In this document: positions 10,361 through 19,743 of the stretch, piece by piece
How positions within the stretch are numbered: the first letter of the stretch is position 1
How the letters are laid out: each line of letters starts with the position of its first letter
NCBI GenBank assembly: GCA_965238275.1
Contig: OZ250186.1
Span: 288,001-352,000, forward strand
DNA length: 64,000 nt
From: Nitrosopumilus sp.
GTDB lineage: Archaea; Thermoproteota; Nitrososphaeria; Nitrososphaerales; Nitrosopumilaceae
Direction: 5' to 3'
Made by a program: the position numbers and the translations under genes
Notes under the pieces: model-generated
Told to the model about the DNA's origin: nothing
Databases searched by the model: none
The model's input: only the letters and a program-made list of their open reading frames with translations

Positions 10361-10574
10361 TGTAAGAGGTCGCCTTTGCGAAGCGATTCCGTGCCTGATC
10401 TGTTCCGATTAATTACCAACTGAGCTACGTTTTTGACCATAAATGCCCGATTAATTGCACGTTATCAACACGGTCCTCAGGCAGGGTGGTTTTCGGATCA
10501 AGGCTCTTCCGGTTGGATCTTTTGCGCCGCATTTTCCGGCAGGCGCTGCGTGCCCAAAAGCTTTATGGATCATG

Positions 10575-11928
10575 AACTTTGTTTCCTAATTATCCCCAGC
10601 CACGCCCAACAGATCCAGAATCAGGTCGGACCAGCTGAATTTGAACACATTATCAAGCATCTTCAATAGAAAACCACATTGATCAGAGAGGTGTGCAGAC
10701 AGTCAGGTTATCGCCATGACTGAAAACACATCCTCTCCAGACAAAACGGGCACGCATGAGGCTAAAAAATCTTTCAAATCCAAAGAACGCCGGTTCCAGT
10801 ACGATGACCGCAGGTACATAGACCGCGGCCAGTTGTGGACGCTCCAGATAAGCCCGGAGATCCTGACTCAGGGGGTCGAGAAGCTAAACTGCGGGAAGGT
10901 AGGCCGCCCGTACGTATTTTCAAACGCGTGCTTTGCAGCAGCATCCCTGTTCAAAAACGCCACCGGCATAAGGTACAGGCAGCTCCAGGGTCTGGCAGAG
11001 ACGATAGTCGGCAAGGAAAACGCGCCCACGTACTCGGCGTTCCAGAAGAGGATGACCAAGCTTGGCTGCACTGTTGCAGACAATGATGATGGTAGCGGCA
11101 CGGCTTCTGCGTGGTTCTCAGACGGCGGCACCCGGGCCGAGATCAAGCTGTTTGCCTTCGACTCCACTGGACTCAAGCCCACAAACCGCGGCGACTGGAT
11201 GACAGAAAAGTGGGGGACCAGGCGGGGCTTCATAAAGCTGCACGTCGGGGTGGATGCCAAAACCAAAAAGATCTACGCCGTGGCCATAACCGACGACAAG
11301 TGCGGGGACTCTCCGCAGTTTGAGGAACTGGTGGGGCAGGCCCTTGCAAATGCAAAAAAATCACCAAACTCAGACACTTCTGCAGGCACCAAGGCGGCAG
11401 CCGACGGCGCGTACGACACCCAGAAGATCCGCAGGTACTGCGACGAGCAGGGAATCGAGCCGCTGATTCCCGTCCGCATCGACTTTGCCGGAAAGGCGAA
11501 CGGGTGCATGCCCCGCAAGGAGGCAGGATTCAGGCAGCTGGGGGACCTGGACTGCATGGACAAGACGGCAGAACGCAAGTTTGCAGGCCTCACGCGCGAA
11601 CAAAAGAGGGAATTCCAGAAGGCGTGGCGCAGGGAGTCAGGGTACAACGACCGGTGGTCAGTCGAGATTGTATTTTCCACGTTCAAGCGGGTGTTGGGCG
11701 AGTGCATAAGCGCGCGCAAGTGGGAGAACGTCAAGGCCGAGATATACGGAAAGGTGCAGCTGTACAACCAGATGATCGATACTGCAATCGACAACGGGTA
11801 CGGCACGCCAAGGATCGTGCAAGCCTACAAGCCCGGCCCAAGGACTGCAAGGGAAGGGGGCAAGACGACGACGTAGGCAGAATTGCACAGACGAGTATCT
11901 GTGTCGAGCGTAATTAGGAAACAGAGTT
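10575..11928 (+). mobile_element. IS5-family (IS903/ISH1-like) element, copy 1, 1354 bp
   Basis: TIR aact(t/c)tgtttcctaatta; 8-bp TSD GGATCATG (10567-10574, 11929-11936). Confidence 0.92.
10716..11876 (+). CDS. IS5-family DDE transposase
   Basis: FDSTGLK...KLHVGVD, ADGAYD, YNDRWSVEIVFSTFK motifs. Confidence 0.92.
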   Translation: MTENTSSPDKTGTHEAKKSFKSKERRFQYDDRRYIDRGQLWTLQISPEILTQGVEKLNCGKVGRPYVFSNACFAAASLFKNATGIRYRQLQGLAETIVGKENAPTYSAFQKRMTKLGCTVADNDDGSGTASAWFSDGGTRAEIKLFAFDSTGLKPTNRGDWMTEKWGTRRGFIKLHVGVDAKTKKIYAVAITDDKCGDSPQFEELVGQALANAKKSPNSDTSAGTKAAADGAYDTQKIRRYCDEQGIEPLIPVRIDFAGKANGCMPRKEAGFRQLGDLDCMDKTAERKFAGLTREQKREFQKAWRRESGYNDRWSVEIVFSTFKRVLGECISARKWENVKAEIYGKVQLYNQMIDTAIDNGYGTPRIVQAYKPGPRTAREGGKTTT

Positions 11929-13594
11929 GGATCATGCCTTCCCGTGTTATGGCGTGGTGCCTGTAATCGACTTGGAAAAGATTGACTGGGACTCCGTAAC
12001 CGACACCAAGTCCCTCTTCGAATCCGTCTTGGACATGCTCAAATCCAAGGACGAGGAGAGCATGGCACTGAGAAAAGACATCGAGCAGCTGAAGGAGGAG
12101 GCAGAGGCCTTCTCAGGGGAACATGCGATGCTGACGGAGATGGATGCCAGGATCAAACTGCTGGAAGAAGAGAATGTGCAAAAGGACTCCGAGATAGAGA
12201 AGCTGCGGGCAGAAAACGCCGCCCTCCTACAGGGATGCGACGTCTCGCAGGCAGTCATGGACAGGATAGCCCGCCTGGAACAGCAGGCATCAGAGCATGC
12301 CTCTCAGTTAAGGGAGGCGCGCGCGGCCAACTCGGCGCTGGCAGCCGAGAATCTGGGCATCAAAAGCCGCCGCTCCAAGAAGCGGCTCCGGGAATCACCC
12401 GGGCCTGCACCAGACCCGTTCAGAAAGGTCGTCTGCCTGCGCACCGGCCGTGATCCTCCCCCGATATCCGAAAAAAAGATAGTCGACATGTCCGCCTGCC
12501 CGCACGGCCACGCCCTATCGACAGAACCCACCGAGGTAACCTTCCGGGTAGTCGAGGAGATCATCGACGGGAAACTGACCGGCATCCAGTATACCATTAT
12601 TCGCAGGTACTGCAGGGAATGCGGCAGGCAGTTTGCCCCCGAGATCCCGGGAGTCGTCCCCGGTGGGCGGTTCGGCGCCAGCCTGACGTGCCTTGAGACG
12701 ACGATGAGGATGTACGGCATTCCCTACGAAATCATCCGCAAGCTGATCAACATAATCCACCACACAAACCTTGCAAAGTCGACTGTCATCGGCCACGTGG
12801 ATGCCGTGACAGGATCCCTCCACCCGCTCTACGAGGAGATGCTCGAGGATATGTTCTTCTCAGGGCATGTCTTTGGCGACGAGACCAGCTGGAGGGTAGC
12901 CGGTGTGCTGTACTGGCTGTGGATACTAGTCGGCTCCGACTCGGCTGTCTTTTACGTGGACAAGCGCCGGGGAGGAGACGTGCTGGAGGCCCTGCTTGGA
13001 GGGTACGCAGGCCACGTCACCTCTGATTCACACGCTGCGTGGAACCGCATCGGCAGGACCCACCAAAAGTGCCACTACCACTACCTCCGCGAGATCCTCC
13101 GCACCCTGACCATGAAAAACCCGGGGCCAGAATTCAAAAAGTTTGCCAAGGCCCTAAAGGGGATAATCATCGATTCCTGGCACGCAGAGAAGGGACTCAA
13201 CCCGCATGACGACAAGGCCGCGCGAAACCTCAAGGTGCGCAACCTCCTGGCCCGGGTAAGGCGCCTGATGTCTGGCAGCTACACCGAACCCCACTGCAAG
13301 CGGTTTGTCAAGCGGCTGCGGCGCGAGATCACCCACCTGTTCCCATTCATCCGCCTCAACACAAAGTGCCATAACAACGACGCCGAGCGCCCCCTGCGGC
13401 CCAGCGTCTCATCCCGGAATGTCTCAGGCGGCAGCAAGAGCCTTGCCGGCGCATACAACCACGCCGTCCTGGCCAGCATCCGCGAGACGTGCAGGATGCG
13501 CGGCGTCAACCCGCACGACTTTTTGGTAGACTACATGCGAGGTATCGTCGAAAGGATACCGGCAACAGCAGCAGCGGCAGCAACAACTGCATAA
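11927..13594 (+). CDS. IS66-family transposase (start uncertain, abuts IS5 end)
   Basis: Coiled coil, CPHGH...CREC zinc finger, GDETSW, SDSHAAW, HQKCHYH, NNDAERPLRP. Confidence 0.88.
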   Translation: MDHAFPCYGVVPVIDLEKIDWDSVTDTKSLFESVLDMLKSKDEESMALRKDIEQLKEEAEAFSGEHAMLTEMDARIKLLEEENVQKDSEIEKLRAENAALLQGCDVSQAVMDRIARLEQQASEHASQLREARAANSALAAENLGIKSRRSKKRLRESPGPAPDPFRKVVCLRTGRDPPPISEKKIVDMSACPHGHALSTEPTEVTFRVVEEIIDGKLTGIQYTIIRRYCRECGRQFAPEIPGVVPGGRFGASLTCLETTMRMYGIPYEIIRKLINIIHHTNLAKSTVIGHVDAVTGSLHPLYEEMLEDMFFSGHVFGDETSWRVAGVLYWLWILVGSDSAVFYVDKRRGGDVLEALLGGYAGHVTSDSHAAWNRIGRTHQKCHYHYLREILRTLTMKNPGPEFKKFAKALKGIIIDSWHAEKGLNPHDDKAARNLKVRNLLARVRRLMSGSYTEPHCKRFVKRLRREITHLFPFIRLNTKCHNNDAERPLRPSVSSRNVSGGSKSLAGAYNHAVLASIRETCRMRGVNPHDFLVDYMRGIVERIPATAAAAATTA

Positions 13595-14033
13595 ATCCTG
13601 CAAAATCCATCCATGGCTGCCCTGCATGTCCTGCGCGACTCCCGTCGCACCGGTTGCCTGACACGTATCAGGCCGCCGTACCGGCCCTCCACCAGATTCG
13701 GGCACAACGCACCGCCCCGGCAGCACCAAAAAAGATCCACTTCGCAAGTCCGATCACCGGATCGGCCAAAACGCAGCTCAGCCGAGCCTCACCCCGCCCG
13801 GAAAAAATCCTGAATAATGCCAATCAAATGGGCATTTACGGCCCAAAACGTAGCTCAGTTGGTAATTAATCGGGGCAGATCAGGCACGAAATCGCTTCGC
13901 AAAGGCGACCTCTTACAAATAAACCCGATTTGTAAAAGGTGGGATTACTTTACAGGCAAACTTGTGTGACTGTTGGATTTGTGATTCAGGTCGGTAGGGC
14001 TTCATAAGGAGGCAGTCGTGTAGGCATCTAAAC

Positions 14034-14789
14034 TCATCTTTCCCTTGCAGGGCTTCCCGTGCCAAATATTTTCAGCGCCGTCTCCCCCTGCTTTTGGATT
14101 GATACCTCGCTCCTCCTACCCCTTGACTTGACAGAGATCAGGCTCCAGTCCCTCTCCATCGGATCAAGCAGTACCCGCAACCTGCTATGCTTTGCAGAAC
14201 CACCGAGTTCTTTCCCATCCACATCCGAGAGACTGATCACACCCATCTCTTCAAGTTCTTTCATAAGCTGAGCCTTACGCATGACACCACCATGTCTACT
14301 CAGTAGATCCAAAATCAACATGAACTCCTGCTTTGGTTTGTTGATGCTGTACGTGGGGAGATCCTCCGGTTCGTCTACGTGCTCTGAGAGGTCTACAATT
14401 TTCTTCCTCCCGACGTACGAGACAGGGGCGTAATACGGATGTGCATTCCACATCATACACGATAGCATACCTGCTATGGACGTGATCTTGGTGCCGGTCG
14501 AGACATTGACGTAGACATGATTCTCCTTTGCATCCAAGATGATCTTGCGAAACCCCTCCACACACTTGTACAGATTCCACAGATCCAAAGAGATCTCCTC
14601 TACATGGATGTGCTTGTAATTCTGTTTCAGTTCGTTCTTTACTTTAGTGTAAAATACTAGTGCGTCGTCATCAATCTCGGTGTGTTTCACAAGGTATACT
14701 AGATCCGCACGCATCTGTATGAGCGGCTGGGTCACGCGCCGGAATTCGAATCCTACAGGAGATATGTGTATCCTAAGCTTGGTCTGCAA
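14034..14789 (-). CDS. HFX_2341/DUF6293-like CARF + winged-helix transcriptional regulator
   Basis: RIHISPVGFE N-terminus, CARF-type VYVNVSTGTKITSIA motif, C-terminal wHTH ending SRGRRSEVSIQKQG. Confidence 0.82.
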   Translation of the reverse strand: MQTKLRIHISPVGFEFRRVTQPLIQMRADLVYLVKHTEIDDDALVFYTKVKNELKQNYKHIHVEEISLDLWNLYKCVEGFRKIILDAKENHVYVNVSTGTKITSIAGMLSCMMWNAHPYYAPVSYVGRKKIVDLSEHVDEPEDLPTYSINKPKQEFMLILDLLSRHGGVMRKAQLMKELEEMGVISLSDVDGKELGGSAKHSRLRVLLDPMERDWSLISVKSRGRRSEVSIQKQGETALKIFGTGSPARER

Positions 14790-14828
14790 TGGGATCGTTA
14801 ACCATGTTTTCTTTATTTAGTTTTATCT

Positions 14829-14848
14829 CGTTATTAACTTTATTAACG
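14829..14848. promoter_or_regulatory. Imperfect palindrome in divergent promoter, candidate operator
   Basis: cgttattaactttattaacg (16/20 self-complementary) between the regulator and the Ubl operon. Confidence 0.45.
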
Positions 14849-14898
14849 TAATTACATCAAACAGATTAAAATAGTCGCAACCCCTTTAAAAAGTAGAG

Positions 14899-15135
14899 AT
14901 GAGCGAGATGGACAAGGAGAGCAAGATCATATTCGTCAATAACAAAAAGCTTTTCGTCAAAGAAGACGTGCTACTTGGAAAAGAGATATTGGAACTTGCG
15001 GGATTTGAGCCTAACAAGTACGATCTGTTTCTGGTGCGTGGCCAAAAAAGCGAAAGGATAGAAGAAAATCAACGGTGCGAGATCAAGAATGACATGCACT
15101 TTAATGCAATCCTAAAGGATGTGCCGTATGGGTGA
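14899..15135 (+). CDS. Ubiquitin-like beta-grasp protein (multiubiquitin-domain type)
   Basis: IIFVNNKKL...LLGKEILELAG...YDLFL...EIKNDMHF pattern; ends in C-terminal Gly (VPYG); 78 aa. Confidence 0.8.
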   Translation: MSEMDKESKIIFVNNKKLFVKEDVLLGKEILELAGFEPNKYDLFLVRGQKSERIEENQRCEIKNDMHFNAILKDVPYG

Positions 15136-15521
15136 TACCAGACAGGCTACTGCAAGACACCAACATGCTAAAGGCAAGAGGCTTTAACCTCAGCCTTATT
15201 GAGCGTGATGGGAAGGTGTATGTGGAATTCAAGGACTTTCCACTCCCAGAAGGCGTATACAGTATGGACACTACCAACTTGATTATCTTTACTAGTCCGC
15301 ATTACCCTTGCGCATCGTTTGATATGTTCTGGACGTTGCCTGAGTTGGTCATGAAAGACGGTCCCGTCCCCAAACAGGCAGAGGTCATAGAGACCCACTT
15401 GGGAAGAGAATGGAGGCGGTTCAGCTACCACCCATATCAAAATGTCACTTGGAATCCTTCTGACGATAATGTCGTAAAGTATGTAGGGTATGTACAGCAA
15501 AGGTTGCAAAACGGCGATTGA
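15132..15521 (+). CDS. Prokaryotic E2/UBC-fold protein (family E-like)
   Basis: DFPLPEGVY, YP..SFDMFW, WRRFSYH, WNPSDDN motifs; GTGA overlap with Ubl gene. Confidence 0.8.
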   Translation: MIPDRLLQDTNMLKARGFNLSLIERDGKVYVEFKDFPLPEGVYSMDTTNLIIFTSPHYPCASFDMFWTLPELVMKDGPVPKQAEVIETHLGREWRRFSYHPYQNVTWNPSDDNVVKYVGYVQQRLQNGD

Positions 15522-15522
15522 A

Positions 15523-16857
15523 ATGTGGACTATCACATTCCCTAAGCCCCTGTACAAGGAACTGGAAGAGTTTTTGTTCAGCACAGCACCATACGAGAAC
15601 GGGTGCTTTTTGCTAGCGCAGGCATATGATGCTGGCAAGAGATCCATGCTACTTGCCACGGACATCCTAAAACCTGCTGAGGGATCTTGGAACTCCCAAG
15701 GAAGGCACAGCCTTATGCCTAGCTCGTCGTTTATCAATGAATGCGTCGTAAGGTCGGAGGCGACCAAATCCAGCCTAATCTTTGTGCACACCCACCCAGA
15801 TACTGCACACCCTCCAACATTCAGCAAGATAGACAGGATAACCAACAGGAAGATGTTCACAAACCTCTCTGAGATCGTGCCTGGACGACCACTAGGTAGC
15901 CTGGTGTTCAGCAGGCATGGTGTTTCCGGAGTCGTGTTTGATAAGGCTAGAATCTCTAGCGTCAAACGTGTAAAGATAGTGGGCAACACTCTGACTGAGT
16001 GTAATACTATCGGGACCAACGCCAGATCGTCCAAGACAATGGCCATGTTTGAGAGGCAGACCAGAGCGTTTGGCACACATGTTCAACAACAGATCCAAAA
16101 CATGTCGGTGACTGTCATAGGAGTCGGTGGCACGGGTTCGTCTGTGTCAGTCCAGCTCGCAAGGATGGGTGTGAAACACATACGGTTGGTGGACATGGAC
16201 CACGTCGACGAGTCCAACCTTACAAGGATATATGGCTCAAGAAAGTCAGATGTGGGCAGGATGAAAGTAGACGTGCTGAGGCGTCACATTATGTCGTTTT
16301 CAAGATCCACAGTGACTGCGATATGTGCCAACGTGTTAGATGACTCTGTACTCAATGCGCTGATAGAGTCAGATGTCATGTTTGGATGTACTGACAACCA
16401 CATAAGCCGGCACAGACTCAACGAGATCTCGAACAGGTTCTACATCCCGTTAATTGACGTGGGGTGCAGGATAGATGTGGACGATGCCGGATCGATATCT
16501 CAGGCAGTAGCAAAGATTCAGGCCGTCACACCGGAAAGCGCGTGCCTGTGGTGCTCTGGTACCCTTGATGGCAGAACCATGTTGCAGGAATCGTTGCCGG
16601 AGGAAGAAAAAAAGAAGCTCGCAGAAGAAGGATACTACGAAGAGGTCGGCAAGCAGCCCAGCGTAATATCGTTGACCACGCTGGCTGCCAGCATGGCGGT
16701 CAACAAGTTCCTTGGCATCGTAGGCGCGATTGAAGATGAGTCAGGTACGAGGCTGCAAGTGGAACTGAGGGGCGGTTTCATGATCAGCGATGTGCCAGAG
16801 ATAAGGGCAGAATGTGTCTGCCGAAAGAATATGGGCGTGGTGTTCCGTAACGCCTAA
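15523..16857 (+). CDS. JAB/MPN+ metalloprotease fused to ThiF/E1 adenylation domain
   Basis: ENGCFL, HTHP...FSKID (JAMM); VIGVGGTGS, DMDHVDESNLTR, GCTDN, CLWC and CVC zinc ligands. Confidence 0.88.
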   Translation: MWTITFPKPLYKELEEFLFSTAPYENGCFLLAQAYDAGKRSMLLATDILKPAEGSWNSQGRHSLMPSSSFINECVVRSEATKSSLIFVHTHPDTAHPPTFSKIDRITNRKMFTNLSEIVPGRPLGSLVFSRHGVSGVVFDKARISSVKRVKIVGNTLTECNTIGTNARSSKTMAMFERQTRAFGTHVQQQIQNMSVTVIGVGGTGSSVSVQLARMGVKHIRLVDMDHVDESNLTRIYGSRKSDVGRMKVDVLRRHIMSFSRSTVTAICANVLDDSVLNALIESDVMFGCTDNHISRHRLNEISNRFYIPLIDVGCRIDVDDAGSISQAVAKIQAVTPESACLWCSGTLDGRTMLQESLPEEEKKKLAEEGYYEEVGKQPSVISLTTLAASMAVNKFLGIVGAIEDESGTRLQVELRGGFMISDVPEIRAECVCRKNMGVVFRNA

Positions 16858-17638
16858 AACGCGTCCTGAATTGGAACTGGTTGGGCTCTGGGTACTGCCA
16901 AGCCCGGACTCAGCATATCTTGATGAGCGCCTCGTCCACGTGGAATTTCGAAATGTTTCAAGCGAGACGATTCACGTAACGTCAGTCGCATGCTCGTTTC
17001 AAACGGAAGAAGATCTTGAAGATCATAGGATAGTGTGGACGCGTCCACTTTATTTGAAATCCAAACAGAGGAAGGCGATCACCATGAATCTAAAAATTGA
17101 TTTGGAACTAATTCCGTACACAAACATACCATTTACAGAGGTCTCATACACGATTGACAACTCAGAACGAGTTAAAAAATTTGAGTGTCCGCGTGGCTTT
17201 GCCAACATCAACAATATCCCGTCCCATGACAAATACTTCTTCATCTCGCACAAGATTCCCACAGACACACGACTGGCCAGACGACTCGATTATTACCTGC
17301 GGAAGATCGGATTTTGGGGGTATGTTGCGGAAGCCATCCCCCAGCCTGGTCAGTCGGTGTGGGAGGAAAAGCTCTTTCCAAAAATAGAAGAATGCACCGG
17401 CGTTATCGTACTATGGACCCGAGAGGCCAAAGGATCGCCCGAATCCATAGATCGAGAGGTGCGCCGTGCTAGGAAGTATGACAAGAGAGTAATGTCGCTT
17501 ATAGAAGGCGAATCAATACCGGATGTGGTTGCCAATCAACCAGAGGAATACATTATGACAAGTGGTCCCATAACGGAGTCTAGCCTCGTCAAACTTGTAC
17601 ACAGAATACGCATGATGTACGAAGACGGAACTTTTTGA
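16814..17638 (+). CDS. TIR-domain protein with N-terminal beta-rich domain (alternative start TTG 16871)
   Basis: FFISH, IEECTGVIVLWT, SIDREVRRA with the Glu at the catalytic position of TIR NADases. Confidence 0.78.
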   Translation: MSAERIWAWCSVTPKTRPELELVGLWVLPSPDSAYLDERLVHVEFRNVSSETIHVTSVACSFQTEEDLEDHRIVWTRPLYLKSKQRKAITMNLKIDLELIPYTNIPFTEVSYTIDNSERVKKFECPRGFANINNIPSHDKYFFISHKIPTDTRLARRLDYYLRKIGFWGYVAEAIPQPGQSVWEEKLFPKIEECTGVIVLWTREAKGSPESIDREVRRARKYDKRVMSLIEGESIPDVVANQPEEYIMTSGPITESSLVKLVHRIRMMYEDGTF

Positions 17639-17928
17639 TTGTATCACGACACCCAAACGTAATCATCATACTGACGAGTAGTGAAAAATTTGTATCACAC
17701 GCAACGGTACAGGATCTTTTAGGCCTGCAATCACGGCGGATCTGGATCCCTTGCAGTATCCCGACTTGGGAACTTCCCGTGAATTTACCCACTTGCTTGT
17801 GTTGCATTCCCCTGTAGCACCGCCAAAATCTAAAAATAGTATGTGATTCGCTTTTTGAAGTTCCCCGAGATTCCGTGCCTGTATGCGTAGTAATTTGATT
17901 AATGATTCGGACAATTAATTGAATTTTG

Positions 17929-19564
17929 GTATCTGTGTAGTTTTTTGATCAAATGTTGAACTCCATATCTACAATTAGAAAATCCGCGTCTGTCTAATTT
18001 TTTTAAAACTATTTTTGATCACTTGATCGAGTTTTTCTCTCCGTCCTAATTTTTAGATCATTGTTGCCCACGGTTTGCATATGTCTGATGATAATTCCGA
18101 GTCAAGGATTGCAGAACTGGAGGAAAAAGTGGGTGTGATGGCAGAGCAGATGGCCGAAAAAGACCGGCAGATGGCCGAAAAAGACCGGCATATGGCCAAA
18201 CTCGCTGATCTTTACGCTGCCGCCCTCAAACAGATCCAGGATCTCACGGCAGAGTTGCAGGAGGCAAAGGGCATCATATCGGCTGCCGTTGCAAGGAGCA
18301 TCGGCGCAAAACCGGACAAAAAGACCGGCAGTACCCGGCGCCGCGCAAAGGGCAAGGGCAAGGGCAAGCCAAGTGACCACAAACGCACGGGCCTTGCGCG
18401 TCCTGAAAGAATAGACGCAGAGGAAACAGCAGATCCGCACACGTGCGGCAACTGCGGCAGCTCCGACCTCTCAGAATGTGTGTCCACGTACACAAAGGTG
18501 GTAAGGGAGGCTGCCAAGGTGGAACTAGAGCACATCAAGGTGACAGTAAAGAGAAGGCGCTGCAGGAACTGCAAGAAGACCGTGTCTGGCATGACTCCGC
18601 TGGCACTGCCAAACTCCAGGTACGGGATCAACTTTATGATAATGATGGTCATCCTCAGGCTGCACGGCATGTCAGACCTCAGGATATGCCAGATTGTCCT
18701 GATAACGTACTCTGCAAGGATCACCGAATCTGCCATAAACCGCATGGTGTGCAGGATGGCACGGGAGCTTGGGCCGCTGTACGAGAAGATCAAGGAGGAG
18801 GTGAGGCGCTCGCCTGCGATAAACGGGGACGAGTCCGTCTGGCGCGTCAACGGCACCAACTACTGGCTGTGGGCGGTGGTAACAAAGTACGCCGTAATCT
18901 ACGAGGTACACCGCCGCAGGAACTCGAAGGTTCCAAAAAAGATGCTTGGCAGGGACTATTCGGGATGCGTGACGTCTGACTCGTGGGGAGCGTGGAACGT
19001 CATAGGAGCCATGCACCAAAAGTGCCACCTGCATTACGTCCGGGACGTCAAGGACACCCTGAAATACAAAAATCCCGGCCAGGACTACCGGCGGCACGCA
19101 AGGACGCTGCGCAGCATACTGTGGGACTCGCACGTCGACGGTGCCATTCTGGGAGGAGCAGACGCGCTTGCCACAAAGAAGAGGCTGGACCGTCGCATCG
19201 CGTCCCTGGTAGGCAGGCTCGAGAAGGACCGCGACTGCAAGCACTGCAACAGGATGCGCAAGAGGCTGGTGCGGGAAAGGGATCACCTGTTTGCGTTTCT
19301 GGAGACAGACGATGTCGAATACCACAACAACCGGGCAGAGCGGGCCATCAGGCCGTACGTCATCCTTCGCAAGAACAGCAACGGGAGCAGGTCAAAGAAG
19401 GGCGCAGACGCTATTGCCATACTGATGAGCATCAAGCAGACATGCAAGGCAAGGGGCGATGATCTTTGCACGGTCCTGCGCGAGGGTCTGGTTCTATGTC
19501 AAAAAAATACATAGTTTCTTGTAGACCTGGAATTCAACATTTGATCAAAAAACTACACAGTTAC
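17929..19564 (+). mobile_element. Single-ORF IS66-family element, copy A
   Basis: TIR gta(t/a)ctgtgtagttttttgatcaaatgttgaa; 8-bp TSD GAATTTTG. Confidence 0.92.
18075..19514 (+). CDS. IS66-family transposase
   Basis: CGNC/CRNC zinc finger, GDESVW, HQKCHLH, HNNRAERAIRP. Confidence 0.92.
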   Translation: MHMSDDNSESRIAELEEKVGVMAEQMAEKDRQMAEKDRHMAKLADLYAAALKQIQDLTAELQEAKGIISAAVARSIGAKPDKKTGSTRRRAKGKGKGKPSDHKRTGLARPERIDAEETADPHTCGNCGSSDLSECVSTYTKVVREAAKVELEHIKVTVKRRRCRNCKKTVSGMTPLALPNSRYGINFMIMMVILRLHGMSDLRICQIVLITYSARITESAINRMVCRMARELGPLYEKIKEEVRRSPAINGDESVWRVNGTNYWLWAVVTKYAVIYEVHRRRNSKVPKKMLGRDYSGCVTSDSWGAWNVIGAMHQKCHLHYVRDVKDTLKYKNPGQDYRRHARTLRSILWDSHVDGAILGGADALATKKRLDRRIASLVGRLEKDRDCKHCNRMRKRLVRERDHLFAFLETDDVEYHNNRAERAIRPYVILRKNSNGSRSKKGADAIAILMSIKQTCKARGDDLCTVLREGLVLCQKNT

Positions 19565-19743
19565 GAATTTTGCCGTATTTTTGCCATAGTCTACATCCAT
19601 GCGGTAAATTTCCCGGCTTTGGTACAAGGGGACTACATCATGGACGGGCGTGCCCGTCATTTGGACATGGCTTGAATCAAAGACGGCGTGTATTGGACAG
19701 TTTGCAGGTGGCTGGAGCGAATCCACGCCGTATTTGAGATGCA

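Larger units (their letters stand above)
10362..13916 (+). mobile_element. Single-ORF IS66-family element with ~95-bp terminal inverted repeats, interrupted by IS5
   Basis: gtaagaggtcgcctttgcgaagcgatt...taaatgccc at 10362 mirrored at ~13822-13916; GTAA termini; no matching TSD seen. Confidence 0.85.

Noticed and set aside
15168-16076. Long antisense ORFs here and at 45644-46615 and 24825-25709
   Set aside because: Shadows of well-supported genes on the opposite strand.
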